A stretch of DNA of 64,000 nucleotides from NCBI GenBank assembly GCA_043228905.1, contig JBHGNT010000002.1, forward strand, positions 13,330,001 to 13,394,000, in the 5' to 3' direction. The notes under the pieces were generated by a model. That model searched no databases. It was not told where the DNA came from and worked only from the letters and a program-made list of their open reading frames with translations. Made by a program: the position numbers and the translations under genes. Shown one piece after another: positions 34,663 to 46,790 of this stretch; positions within the stretch are counted from its first letter, which is position 1, and each line of letters opens with the position of its first letter. Source of the DNA: Azolla caroliniana. Taxonomy: Eukaryota; Plantae; Polypodiophyta.

Positions 34663-34959
34663 CACTATTACGTGCTCTCTCTTCTTCTTGCACCAACAAG
34701 GAAAAATGACAACAACACTTCTAAAAGTTTGCCCTAAGTCATATTTATACTAATATGACTTTTCGGCTATTTACAAATATAGCCTTGATGGACTCTCAGA
34801 AACATATTTACGAATATGTCTCTTCATCCGGTTCATACCGGGTCTGCACCATCCGGCTCTCTGTAGCCGGGTACTCCTCTTCCGGTTTCGGCCTCGGCCG
34901 AGATCGTTCGACGGCACTGTTCTTCTCCCTTCCCATCCGGAGGGACCTGTCTCCCAACA
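29605..34959 (-). mobile_element. Full-length Tork/Tnt1-like copia inserted in the 3' LTR of copia family 3; LTRs 29605-30259 and 34347-34959; TSD ACTCT
   Basis: ACTCT at 29600-29604 and 34960-34964; the empty site tattcACTCTcaagg is seen at 41051-41065. PBS at 34333-34344; PPT at 30260-30276. Confidence 0.96.
30260..34316 (-). pseudogene. Copia gag-pol in one frame with three in-frame premature stops (33399, 32229, 30513)
   Basis: Abutting ORFs 33399-34376, 32229-33398 and 30513-32228: CFYCGKPGHFQKNC, VDSGAS, DNGGEY, YKARIVVKGF, LYVDDML, FTDSDM. Confidence 0.94.
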
Positions 34960-35328
34960 ACTCTCAAGGTGAGTTCACACACTAGACGAAGTTGAGCTTG
35001 ATTCTCAACACGCCCTCTCAAGCTCAAATCGGGTCGGCTTCAAACGGTATTTGAAATCCGCTTTGACTCGTGTTCTGGAATCCACGTTGACTCGCGTCAA
35101 CTCGCATTTATGCGGAGTTGTGGAATCCGTGCTCCAGCTTGCGTTGTGTGTAATTGCGAAGTCTGCGCTTCGGCTTGCGTCTTTCTTCACGGCTTTGCGT
35201 GGTAGATCGGCTCTTTGCGGCTTCGTTGCGTGGTTGCGTAATCCACGCGTTCTTGCGTAGTGTGCGCATTTGCGGAATCCACGCGTTATTGCGTAATGTC
35301 TTCAGTACTCCCCCTCAAGCTTGGCAGG

Positions 35329-36337
35329 TCAGGTATCGTCAATCCAAGCTCGGTCATGAATTGCCATGGATAGCTTGCCGGCTGCTAAGGCTTTAGTGAA
35401 GATGTCGGTTGTTTGAAGATTGGTGCTAATGTGTTGTAGGTCAACATCGCCAGCTAGAACGCGCTCTCGGATGAAGTGATAGTGCACTTCGATGTGCTTT
35501 GTCCGCGCGTGGAACACCGGGTTCCGAGCCAGATAGATACTACTCATGTTGTCACAGTAAAGGGAAGTCAGATCCTTGATGGGTACACCCAGATCCTTGA
35601 AAATCCTCTTGAGCCATACGGCTTCACATGCAACTACGGTTGCGCCCCTGTATTCCGTCTCCGTACTCGAAAGAGCGACGGTAGGATGCTTCTTGCTACT
35701 CTAGGATATTGCTCCGCTGCCGAGGGAGAAAACAAATCCGGAGGTTGATCTTCTATCAATTTTGTAGCCGGCCCAATCGGCATCTGTGTACCCCTCGAGT
35801 TGTATTGGCATTGCTGTCTTGTAGAGGATGCCGCAATCCATTGTGCCGCTCAGATAGCGTAGAACTCGCTTAGCACAATCCAAGTGAGTATCACGCGGTG
35901 TTTGCATGAATTGGCTAAGGAGACCGACCGGATAACTGAGATCGGGTCGTGTGATCATAAGGTAGATGAGACTCCCGATGAGTTGCCGATACTGAGTCGG
36001 TTCACACGCTTTGGTGCCAGAGTTCGCATCTAGTTTGAGGTTGCGATCGAGCGGGGTTGTCGCGGATTTGCACTCAACCATACCAAACTTGTATAACAAG
36101 TTGAGCATGTAGTGCCGTTGAGAGATCATGATTCCGGCCGGAGTCCGAATTATCTCGATGCCGAGGAAGTAGTGGAGCTCCTTCATGTCCGTCATCTCGA
36201 ACTTGTCGGAAAGGAGGGATTTGACCTTATTGATTTCGACGAGATGCTCACCTCCAATGACTAGGTCATCCACATATAAGATGATGACGATCGGACTTGC
36301 AGAATCGCTTCGTATGTAGAGGGAGTTGTCCGATTTT
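35329..36337 (-). pseudogene. Copia family 3 RT C-terminal part and RNase H
   Basis: LYVDDLVI, TRPDLSY, GYTDADWAG, HARTKHIEVHYHF. Confidence 0.9.
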
Positions 36338-38462
36338 CGTCACGGACACACCAAGTGCTGACTAAGACGGAGCACAGATGATGAGGCTATGACGGAGCGA
36401 TGATGCGAGGAACTTAAGACGGGGAATGACACAAGAGAATAAAGATAGAGATTAAGATTAAAGAGAGAAGATGGGCAAAACGGGAATACTTGATTGATAT
36501 GTCCATGACTGGTGTTGTTCACCTTGAATTCCTTCAAGGTGAACTCAACTATTTATACTAAGTGGCATGCATACCTGTTGCACGCATGTGATACAATAGA
36601 GCATGTAGGCAGTAGGTACGCATGCATGTGCCAAGTGTAAATAATACAAGGGAGAAATTATGCACAAGATCCTAGCTAAAACCTACAATGAGGAAGTATA
36701 TACATGATTATATGCTAGATGTGTGGTTAACACATAACACTCGATTATAACATTGTCATGTCAAGAGTACTGTCACGGATCATAAGCTCAAGAGACAAGC
36801 AAGAAGATAACCAAATGGACAAGAAAGAAGATAGTATTAAAGGAAAGACTCCATAATTGGTGTTGTTCACCTTGAATTCCTTCAAGGTGATCTCCTCTAT
36901 TTATACTACATGGCATGCATACTTGTTGCACGCATGTGAATCTACAATAGAGCATGTAGGTATGCATGCATGTGCCAAGTGTAAATACTACAAGGGAGCA
37001 ACTATGCACATGATGCTAGCAAAATAATAAGGATCAATTACATACATAACTATGTACTAGATATCTTGGTTAACTCATAATACTAGATTATAACTATGTC
37101 ATGTCAAGAGTTTGAATCTTGACATTATCCCCCCTCCTACGCCGCCTTCCCAAATCGGCTGTTGGTTTGTGGGGATATCGGTGATGAAAATCTTGGACAA
37201 CCTCTGGGGCATTTTGTAAATTTGCCGATGGTTCCCACATGGCCTCGGACATGGGTAACCCCTCCATAGGACGAGGTATTGCAAGTGTCAACAGTGCCAA
37301 CGCGAGTCAAGGATTTGGTCGACCTCGTATTCCTCCCCTGTCGTCAATTGCACAGGTGGTGGTGGTGGGGCCTGACATCCTAGGAGTTGTGAAGTATAAT
37401 GGGGTTCGAGGAGGGAGACATGAAAAACATCGTGAATCCGGAAGTGGGATGGAAGGGCGAGCCGGAAGGCGACGGGATTGATGCACTCGATGATACGGAA
37501 TGGTCCCAACTTCTTGTAATCAAGTTTCGCACATGGACGAGTAGTAGAGATGTGTCGACGTAACAACCAAACCATGTCTCCAACGACAAAGTGTGGAGTG
37601 GAAGATCGATGGCGATCAGCCTGCTTCTTGTATCGTTCACTAGCAAGACTAAGCTCCAAGGATAAATCATGATGTCGTTCTTCCAAAATGCGGGCGCGAT
37701 CCTCCGCCGAAGGGTTCACAGAAGTGGTAGGAAGGGAAATGTTGAAGCGAAGATGTAAACCATAGTTGGCAAAGAAGGGAGTGACACTAGTCGATGCATG
37801 GAGAGAATTATTGTAGGCGAATTCTGCGAGCGAAAGTAAGTTGACCCAATCATCTTGTTGGTAACTAACCGAGCACCGAAGATACTGCTCAAGGATTTGG
37901 TTGACACGCTCCGTTTGCCCGTCAGTTTGGGGGTGATAAGCGGAGGAAAACTTGACAGAGATGCCTAAAGTTTGTAGCAGGTGCTACCAAAAGTGAGAGA
38001 CAAACTGGGGTCCGCGATCCGAGATGACATCATCGGGGAGTCCATGCAAGCATACCACATTGTTGAGTAGTAGATGCACCATTCCTTCTCCGGAAATGGT
38101 TTTGGAGCATGGAGTGAAGTGAGCCATCTTCGTAAACCGATCGACAACGACCAACACCGAGTCATAGCTATTGACCAAGGGTAGATCTGTTATCAGGTCC
38201 ATAGAGATAGAGGCCCAAGGATGACGAGGACATAGAAGCGGCTGTAGTAAGCCATATGGCTGATGATGAATGGCTTTGGAGTGAGCACAAACCTCACAAC
38301 TCTTTATGTATTCTTTGACCAACTTCCATGGTTGTGGCCACCAATACCTCCGAGAGATTAGCTCGAGGGTTTTCGCGACCCCGAAATGACCTGCAAGTGG
38401 GTCATCGTGGCATTCCCGCAACACCCGGGTGCGACATGGGCCCTCCGGGATGTATAAGAGAT
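36338..38462 (-). mobile_element. Tcn1-like chromovirus 3' fragment (integrase, chromodomain, PPT, LTR 36771-37124) next to a related partial LTR (36338-36770)
   Basis: CHDDPLAGHFG, ISMDLITDLP, SDRGPQF, KLDYKKLGPF; chromodomain EYEVDQILDSR...YLVLWRGYP...WEP; LTR TGTCAC...TTGACA. Lineage name is an inference. Confidence 0.85.
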
Positions 38463-40400
38463 GCGTTATCATCGAATGCCAAGCATGCGGTGCTTGCTTG
38501 AGGCCGTAGAGTGGCTTCTTCAGTCGGCATATAGCCTTCGGATGGGTGCTCGAGTTGAAGCCGGGTGGTTGTATCATGTACACCTCCTCTTCTAATTCGC
38601 CTTGTAGAAAGGCGTTCTTGACGTCCATTTGATGGAGGTGCCACCCTTTGGCCACGACAAGCCCAATTACAGTCCGTACCGTCATCATCTTTGCCACTGG
38701 GGCAAAGGTCTCTTTGTAGTCAACGCCGTGCGTTTGTGCGTAGCCGTTCGCTATGAGTCGCGCTTTGTAGCGGTTGATGGAACCATCGACGTTGCACTTC
38801 ACTTTGTAAATCCATCTACATCCAATCGCCTTTTTGTGTGGTGAGGTGGGAACGAGATCCCATGTCTCGTTCTTGCGTAGTGCCTGCATCTCCTCATTCA
38901 TGGCTTCGATCCATCGCGGATCCTTGGCTGCTTCGGAGAATGTTTTCGGCTCCCATAGTGTTGCTACTTTCATCATAAAGGTGTAATGGTACGCCATATA
39001 ATCGTTGTAGCCAAATCGGCTTACGGGGTTCTTTTCACGGGTGGAGCGGCAGAGTTTTTCATTTGCAGAGATGAGGGCTTTCTTAGCTCTGATTGGTACC
39101 TCGAAACCGCCGAACTCACTAGCAAGTGACATCCTTCAACCAGGTGGCGACCGACGGGCTTCAAGGGAGTATCCACGGGTTACAATAGCAAAATCCGACG
39201 TGGGAAGCATTTGAAGAAGTGTTAAAGACTCGAGTGAGTGAGTCGACTCATCGTCGTTGAAGCGATCGTCTTCGTATTCTGACATTTTCGCCTTGCTTTT
39301 GTCCATCTTCGGGCTAGGCCGTGATGTGCTTTGATCGCTCAAAGGCTCTTGTGGTCCGCTCAGTCGGATCATGATCGGACTATCTTCGAACATGCGCGTA
39401 AGGCGATCTTCATCCTCTATCTCTTGTTCGGTGGATTCCGGGTCAAGCGGAGTCGGAGTCGGAGTTGTCTCTGGTGCGTACCAAGATGCGGACTCGTCAA
39501 AAACGACGTCTCGACTTACTCGAGATTTTCGAGTTGAGGGGTTGTAGCACTTGTACCCCTTTTGCTCCAGTGAGTATCCTACGAGGATACATTTCTCCGA
39601 CTTCGGGTCGAGTTTTTGATGTTTCTCGTCGGGGATGTGCACGTACGCAATGGAGCTGAATATCCGAACATGTGATAGGTTCGGCATCTTTCCGAAGAAT
39701 CTTTCGTGCGGAGTGACCTCGTGCACGCCGGATGTTGTGCACCGGTTCATTAGGTAGACGGCCGTATTACATCGTTACATCGAGTAACCCTTTGCTCACG
39801 TTCTGCTCCTTCGGAAATGGGTGTCAGTGTTGCTTGCCGAATCTCCTTCTCTTTGAATGTCGGGAGTCCGATGACGACTCCTTTCGATTTCATTGCTTTG
39901 AGTTTGTTGAGATTGATGTGGCCGATTCGCTTATGCCATAGCTCTATGTCGGAGTCGGCTTTCGTGCTTTTCGCGAACATGGCGGATTTCATCTCGTGCG
40001 AATCGAGAATGAACATCCGGCCCTCTCTTCTTCCGCGTGCGATGATTTGGCCTTCTTTTTCGATGAAGCACCCCTTGGTCGAATCGTACTTGCATCCCTT
40101 GCTCAACCATTTGGCCGACCAAGACCAAATTCTTCGTGATGGTGGGAACATGCAAGACATTTTTAATGTATGTTTGCTTACCTCTTTTGTCGAACGGAAC
40201 ATTGCCGATGTGCCAAATCGGGTGCGTAGTGTCATCTCCGGTTTCGACATAACCGGGTCGCTCCGGCTCTCAAAGTTCAAGAAACCATTCTTTATGGGAT
40301 GTCATATGGTTTGAGGCTCCGGAGTCAATAAACCATACGTCCTCCGGATTGAGGGCACTAGTTGAGGTAGAGGCCGACATAGAGTTTGCTCTATGTTTCA
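38463..40400 (-). pseudogene. Copia family 3 protease, partial integrase and RT N-terminal part
   Basis: WFIDSGAS near 40315-40338, [41 protein letters not shown]. Integrase core and most of gag deleted. Confidence 0.88.
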
Positions 40401-41111
40401 TTATGAACATTCCGCCACAGTCGGAGTTGTATGCATGCATTCCGCTACGATCCTCGTAGTCGGAGTTGTGCCCGCCAAGATGCGAAGTTGTTTCGATCCA
40501 ACTTCTCGGTAGGGAGAGCGCTCCCCATTTGAGTATTCATTACGTCGATTCTTCTTCTTCTTCTCTCTTCGAATGTGAGCTATGTAGCGAAGCTATGTTA
40601 GCGATGAGCCGGTTCTTGGTCGTTGGTGTGGAGCACAACACACGATCACGATGAGGCGAATGAGCTAGATCAAACTACCAAATCGCTCTGATACCATGTA
40701 AAGAATCAAGAGATGGATTCTTGTGAAGCAGAATATATGTGTGTCATGTGCGTGTGTGCGTGCGTGTGCGTGTGCGTGCGCGTGTGCGTGCGTGTGTGTG
40801 TGTGAGAGAGAGAGACAGAGTATACGCAAGGTAGATTGTATTAACAAAGGAGAAAGACTCAACATTTTACAAAGAGGGAGGAGGGTGCTTTATATAGTCA
40901 CCCTCTCTCTTCATTAACTACAAGACTCATGGAGCATGGGGAATGTGAAAGCTCATAAGTTATGTGTCATAGAATCATATTCTATGACTCATACTAAATG
41001 CTAGAATACAAAGTGGTGACTTAATGGTGACTCTTGACCGTTGGAGTGTCTATTCACTCTCAAGGTGAGTTCACATACTAGACCAAGTTGAGCTTGATTC
41101 TCAACACTCAC

Positions 41112-41359
41112 GTATCTCTCTCTCTTTTGATCTCTTAAACCCCTCGGTCTAAGACCCCCGTGGTCCCAGCTTAGTTTCTCCCGTGTGAGAGGAAATACAC
41201 GAGAGCGGTGGTATGGGATGCCGATCAAGGCTCGAGTTCGTCTCGATCCCTTCGCTCAGGGGTGGTCGAGTGGATCGACACCCTTTTTTCTCTCTCTCCT
41301 TTCTTATTTATCTATCTAACATCCTTATCTCATGCTTACATTAGATCATATCTCTAATA
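41112..41359 (+). repeat. 3' part of an LTR related to the chromovirus copy B LTR
   Basis: gcggtggtatgggatgccgatcaaggctcgagttcgtctcgatcccttcgctc...tctctaata matches 9517-9662. Confidence 0.75.
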
Positions 41360-42100
41360 GATTGAACCCGTAAATTCAATTTTGAGAGACAAGATACATC
41401 ACCAATAAGATAACTAGATTTCTTATTATTAAATTCTTGATTAGTACATAGCTTCCCCCCCTACACAAGCCCAACTAGAGGCTTTTATAGGTCTCTTCAT
41501 GCAAAACCATGGGGATAAAACCACGTGCTAAAACCATGGGTTTGTGCACATGGTTTTTTATGTATTTGTTTCCTATGGAATACTGAATGTGAAAAGAAAA
41601 TATACAAAATCTGAAGCACTTAGTAGTAGCTTTACTGGTAAGTTAATTTGTTTTCTATTTTGGGGGTGTAAGGTTCAAACCTTGCTTGCACCCCTTTGTA
41701 TGCACTCAAATATTACTAGGCTTTAGTCTTATATTTACAAATGTTTGAGCGCACATTATACCTTCTCGATTTTGTCTGTTCCACACGATTTTCACACCAA
41801 TGCTGAAAATCTTCACGACAATGGTTCGAATGCATTCCCAACCCTGTAACGCGTCTGCAGACACTTTAAGATGAAGGGCATTCCTAGTTCATGCGTGAGT
41901 GTGCATAACACCAGATTCTGGATTGATAGGCGGTGACCCGGTTGGCTCATTTTCTGCCAACACAAACTGAAAAGTATATTTGCTTGCCTCATGCCACTTA
42001 CCATGTGGATCGTGGCGGGTAGAGAGCGACCGTGACCAATGGAGTCAGAGCGTGTACTACATCCATAACAAACAAACAAACAAAAGGTATGTAGTTCCGA

Positions 42101-43329
42101 TGTCGCGAAAATACGACAAGGATATGTGAACGTTGAGACAGGACCCTGGGGCCTCCGACCGGAAGATATTCACATTCGTGCGTTTATATTAAACAATTAA
42201 TACAAAATGATAAAGATTCACAAATTTCATTAATAAAGGGAAAGAAAGATTACAATCAATCTCAAGATTGAGATTACAAAAGTTTTATTTTAAGGAGATT
42301 GATAGAATAATAGATTAGAAGAAACTAAGATATAGATTCCATAGAGATTTAGGGTTCTTGGCTTTGATAAGAGATTATGGTTATATGAGTATTATGGCTT
42401 CCGTAGGGAAGATTAGGGTTTTTGGATTCCGTAAGGAATTTAGGAATTATGAGAGTTATGGCTTCCCTAAGATAAGGGAGCTAAGAAGGAAAAGAAAAAT
42501 AATATAATAGATGGAGAGCCCTAGTGTAAGAAGAAAAATGGAATATATATAGAGTTCTCCCTTGATCATAGCCTTTCTACTTTTTGTTGCATGGCCTCTA
42601 CTTTTAGTTGCCTAGCTTTTTCTTTTAGTTGCATCTATTTTTAGTTGCATGGCTTTTTCTTTTAGTAGCATGTGACCGTCCACATGACCTTTACTTTTTG
42701 CATGCACTCCAACTTTAGTTGCTTGCGTCCACATGGCCTTTACTTTAGTTCTCTTCACTTTACTTTAGTTTGATGCATGATCCAATCTTTCGTCCGTAGC
42801 CGGTTCCATTTTGCTTGCCGGCCGGTTCCGGTTCCAATTTTGCTTGCCGGCCGGTTTTGGTTTTGGTTTTGGTTGCCGGCCGGTTCCGGTTTTGCTTACC
42901 GACCGGTTTCTGGTTTGCATACCGATTCCGGTTTCGGTTTTGCTTACCGGCCGGTTTTCGGTTTGCATACCGTTTCGATTCCGGTTTCGCTTACCGGCCG
43001 GTTTCCGGTTCCGGTTTGCTTGCCGGTTCCGGTTCCGGTTTTTCTTACCAGCCGATTTCCAGTTTGCATACTGGTTCCAGTTTTGCTTACCGGCCAGTTC
43101 TGGTTTTGCTTGCCGGCCGGTTCCGGTTCCGGTTTGCTTGCCGGTTCCGGTTTTGCTTACCAAAGTTTATTTTCACATAACTTGATATGTATTTCTCCAT
43201 TTTGTATATAGTAAAATACATTTTGAAGCTCTTGAGTATATCCATCTTTCTATAGTAAGCTACTAATCTAATCTATAATAATTATTTCATTATTATTTTT
43301 TTACATAGTGTGTGAAGATTCACACGACA
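42101..43329. mobile_element. Solo LTR (TGTCGCG...CACGACA) with 4-bp TSD CCGA
   Basis: CCGA at 42097-42100 and 43330-43333; termini of the tRNA-Trp-primed gypsy lineage. Confidence 0.85.
42799..43161. repeat. CCGG-rich minisatellite inside the solo LTR
   Basis: Iterated ~20-30 bp units resembling ccggttccggttttgcttaccgg. Confidence 0.9.
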
Positions 43330-44006
43330 CCGACACATGCGTAGGTCGAGGGCTTTCATCGTGCATGCGTGTGTGTTAGGTTGTTGGCCAAGACTAATTA
43401 CTAATCTACCAATTTCTTTCTAGATCTCCATACTTCCATACCGTCACAATCTTATGAAAAAAGCGGCAGGTTAGAGCATTGCTTTGCCCCTCTTTGTTGC
43501 TGCTTAAAGCCTTTATGCTTCCCTCAATTAATCGATTTGTGCCACTTTACCACCTTTCAATTCAAATTGATTCAAAAAGTCAGGTCACGTACTCTTATCT
43601 AATCAGGCTCAACCATTGCTTTTCGGGTCTTTCAAAACAAAAATATGTGCTTTGGTTTGGGGCTTTATCCGCAGAGTGGTTACTGGTTTAAATGGTTAAA
43701 TGAGTTGACACTTTCTCGAATATTGTCTTGAACAATTTGTGGAACAACCTTGTGAAGGCTAATTTTGCCACTTTAGGCAACCTTTACAATTTTTGAACTA
43801 ACTTAGAAACTGAAGCTAAGACGCGAAACGGCAAGATCGGTGATACGTGGACATATATGTACATATGTGTGTGTGTATATGTATGTATATGTAATATGTA
43901 TATATATGGGCGAGACAGCAAGCAGATAGATGTGGGTGGGTTACTCACCAAAAGAAGAAGAAGAAAGAAGAAAGAAGAAGAGAGAGAGGAGCGAGCGAGC
44001 GAAAGT

Positions 44007-44016
44007 ATGGCTATGG

Positions 44017-44052
<36 letters not shown>

Positions 44053-44763
44053 CGGCATCGGCAGAGAGTGAGGCGAGGGGGCAGGAGGCAGGGTGGGTTG
44101 AGGCTCTCAGCAGCTGTCCACACCTTCCTCACTTCTCCTCCCCTCTCCCTCCCTTTCCTGCACTTGACTCTGCTTGCATCAGGTTCCTCTTTCTGTCCTC
44201 TTCCGCTCAGTGCTAACTTTATGTTGATCGATCTCTTCTAACCCTCCACGCTAGAGCTAGATGCGTGTTTTCGGCCTCAGTTGGAGGTCGTGCATGCATA
44301 GAATAGAATAGACGCTGTTGATGTTGCCCCAACTCTCACACATTACTAACAAGGGCTTTGTTTCATCGCTGCTAGATGCTCCGATCTTTCAGAGAACTGG
44401 ACGTGCTTGAGCTGTCAAGATGCTCTCTGTGGCCGTTACATTAATAAGCATATGTTGGAGCATTCGCAGGTCATGGATCATCCCGTTGCAATGAGTTTTA
44501 GGTTAGGAGGGGAATCACCCACCTCTTTCATGTTAATCTTGTTGCATCTAGCAAAGCAATTCATCTGAACGTACTATCTTTGTAGAGATTTGTCTGCGTG
44601 GTGTTTCAAGTGTGATGCGTACTTGGATGCGCAAGTGATGCCAGAGCTGCGTCCGGCATTTGAGAAGCTCTACCGTATGAAGTTTGGAGAAGAGCCTCCA
44701 GCACGCACATCAGACTCCACCACCACCACCACCACCACCACCATCATACAGATCCAAGGGTGA
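44007..44763 (+). CDS. Standalone ZnF-UBP (BUZ, HDAC6 C-terminal-like) ubiquitin-binding zinc-finger protein, ~159 aa; exons 44007-44182, 44376-44501, 44586-44763
   Basis: GT-AG introns, both phase 2, give SCPHL...CIRCSDLSENWTCLSCQDALCGRYINKHMLEH...HPVAMSFRDLSAWCFKCDAYL...YRMKFGE, the HDAC6-type ZnF-UBP signature. Poly-Ser N-terminus, poly-Thr C-terminus, TGA at 44761. Confidence 0.9.
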
Positions 44764-45429
44764 TGCAGCAGCAGCCAAATTGTGACGCAGGCAGTTTATA
44801 TTTGTATGCTCTTTACTGTTTCCATATAGTTCAAAACAGTGCATGTAGGTTTGAAGTCTTATGTATAGATGGCATGTATCAACAACCAACAAACATCATT
44901 CATGTGTATAGCATGGGAAAACTCTGTTGATTTGAGTGAGACTTGGTTTGGTTTGGTGATATGAAATCAATGTGTTTCACGAAGTAGATATTCAATGTAT
45001 TATTAGTATGCAGATATAGTTACAGCCGTTTGTGGAAGAAGTTATTGCAGTCCACCATAATGATACAAAGGATTTCTATTTCGCATATTTGTAATGTAAA
45101 TGCACTTGTTTGTGCTTGATTATTAGAACAGAATATGCAAACAATATTGAGGCTTAGGGATTAAGAATGGGAGACAAGAGTTTTTTGATCGACCCTTTCT
45201 TGTATGCGTGCAATCTGGTGGTACTGCTTTAGAGAAGCACGTGTTGAGTTTCTGCATGCTGGTTATCTCTTAAAACTATGTGCAGTATTGTGATTGATCT
45301 TTATTTCAACTCACTTAACTACTTAAATTAGTTAAGAGTTTTTAAGTTTAACTATTTAACGAGTTTTCAAAACTCGTACCAAAATGGGTCGAGATCTACT
45401 AAATCATTGGCGGTTGTACACTCAAATTT

Positions 45430-45637
45430 TCAACTTTTCAAGGAATAAAGCTAAAAACTTAGAATTGTTATAGGTTTTGGTTTTAGTATTAAAACTTCAT
45501 GGTAGTTGAGAAATCTTGTGAACATGTGCTCTTTTTTCAACTTTTCAAGGAATAAAGCTAAAAACTTAGAATTGTTATAGGTTTTGGTTTAGTATTAAAA
45601 CTTCATGGTAGTTGAGAAATCTTGTGAACATGTGCTT
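45430..45637. repeat. Tandem duplication of about 106 bp
   Basis: tcaacttttcaaggaataaagc...gaacatgtgct occurs twice in succession. Confidence 0.9.
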
Positions 45638-46311
45638 ATGGAGAAGAGCACGATGTATTGGAAAAAGAGTGTGAGCACACTTTGTTGTGATTCGTGTAAC
45701 TACACGAGGAACGAGATTGTGATGGTTAGTTATTTGTTAAGAGTGTAAATGTGGGCTAAGAGTAATAGAGGTTCTTATGAAAGAATCATATTCAATTGCC
45801 TTCTATGTCGATAACTAGACTCCAACCACATTTAATCTCTTAGTTTCATAAGGTCTTGTATCTAAAACTCACTTGGCTTGGTATGTTTGTTGATGATTTT
45901 TAGAAGACTAATATTGTAGTTCTCTTTAGTGCATAAGTTGCTTTACCTCGTCGTAATGTATTATTCTCTAGTTTTCATAGATTCCTTTTATTTCTCACAC
46001 ATCGACTCTCACACATTCATTGCGCTTTCGCATAGTTTGACTCTATGAGAGTTATCATTGTTTGCATGGTATTAGAGCATGAGGGATGGAGATCTCTACC
46101 CACGCCTCGACCATTTAAAGCTACATGAACCGACTATCATTATTGCAATGTTGTTCCATGATAAGAAGTACTTGTTATCATTGTTGTTGCATTGTAAGAG
46201 GTATACGTTGGGAGTGTAAATTGAGCTAAAACAACAAGATGATTGTCCGGATGGGTAGTGCAGTTCCAAGAAAGAAGTTTGTTCAACCCTCTATGTTTGT
46301 TGACCCGAACA

Positions 46312-46790
46312 ACACAAGTGGTAGATAAATTGCAGTGGAAGACTAATATAGCTAATTAATTCTAATTAGCTAAGGAGGTGGAAGGGTAGTAGCTAAATAG
46401 CTAAGCCCGTGGAAGAGTCATAGCTAATCAACTATGCTTGCCATGAGTGGTAACTAAATAACGAAGGCAATGGAAGATTAGTAGCAAAATAGCTAAAGAG
46501 GTTGAAGTGTGGTAGCTAAATAGGTAAGGTGGTGGAAGACTGGTAGCTAATTAGCTAAGGTCGTGGAAGAGTGGTAGTTAAATAACTAAGGCCACGAAAG
46601 AGAGGTAGTTAAATAACTAAGGCCACGGAAGAAGAGAGGTAGTTAAATAACTAAGGCCACGGAAGAGAGGTAGTTAAATAACTAAGGCCGCGGAAGAGAG
46701 GTAGTTAAATAGTTAAGGTCGTGGAAGAGTGTTAGGAAAATAGCTATGTCCTTGGAAGAGTGGTATCTAATTAGCTAAATAGTGACCGTG
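46312..46790. repeat. Degenerate ~31-bp minisatellite
   Basis: About 14 units resembling gtggaagagtggtagctaaatagctaaggtc. Confidence 0.85.

Larger units (their letters stand above)
29273..41106 (-). mobile_element. Ty1/copia family 3, internally deleted, with nested insertions; 5' LTR 40697-41106, 3' LTR 29273-29604 plus 34965-35010; TSD CTCAC
   Basis: CTCAC at 29268-29272 and 41107-41111; PBS at 40685-40696; PPT at 35011; protease, integrase, RT and RNase H fragments at 35329-40340. Confidence 0.92.

Noticed and set aside
41740-42080. Possible minus-strand exons (GTAAGT donor near 41996-42001, nearby acceptors, 88-aa ORF)
   Set aside because: No consistent spliced frame or recognisable domain could be built; may be a gene fragment but is unsupported.
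42765-43211. Four overlapping Arg/Phe/Gly-rich ORFs
   Set aside because: Products of the CCGG minisatellite.
43857-44241. ORF-track calls 43857-44216 and the poly-His ORF 43930-44241
   Set aside because: Only 44007-44182 is exon 1 of the spliced gene; poly-His is the (CAT)n repeat in another frame.
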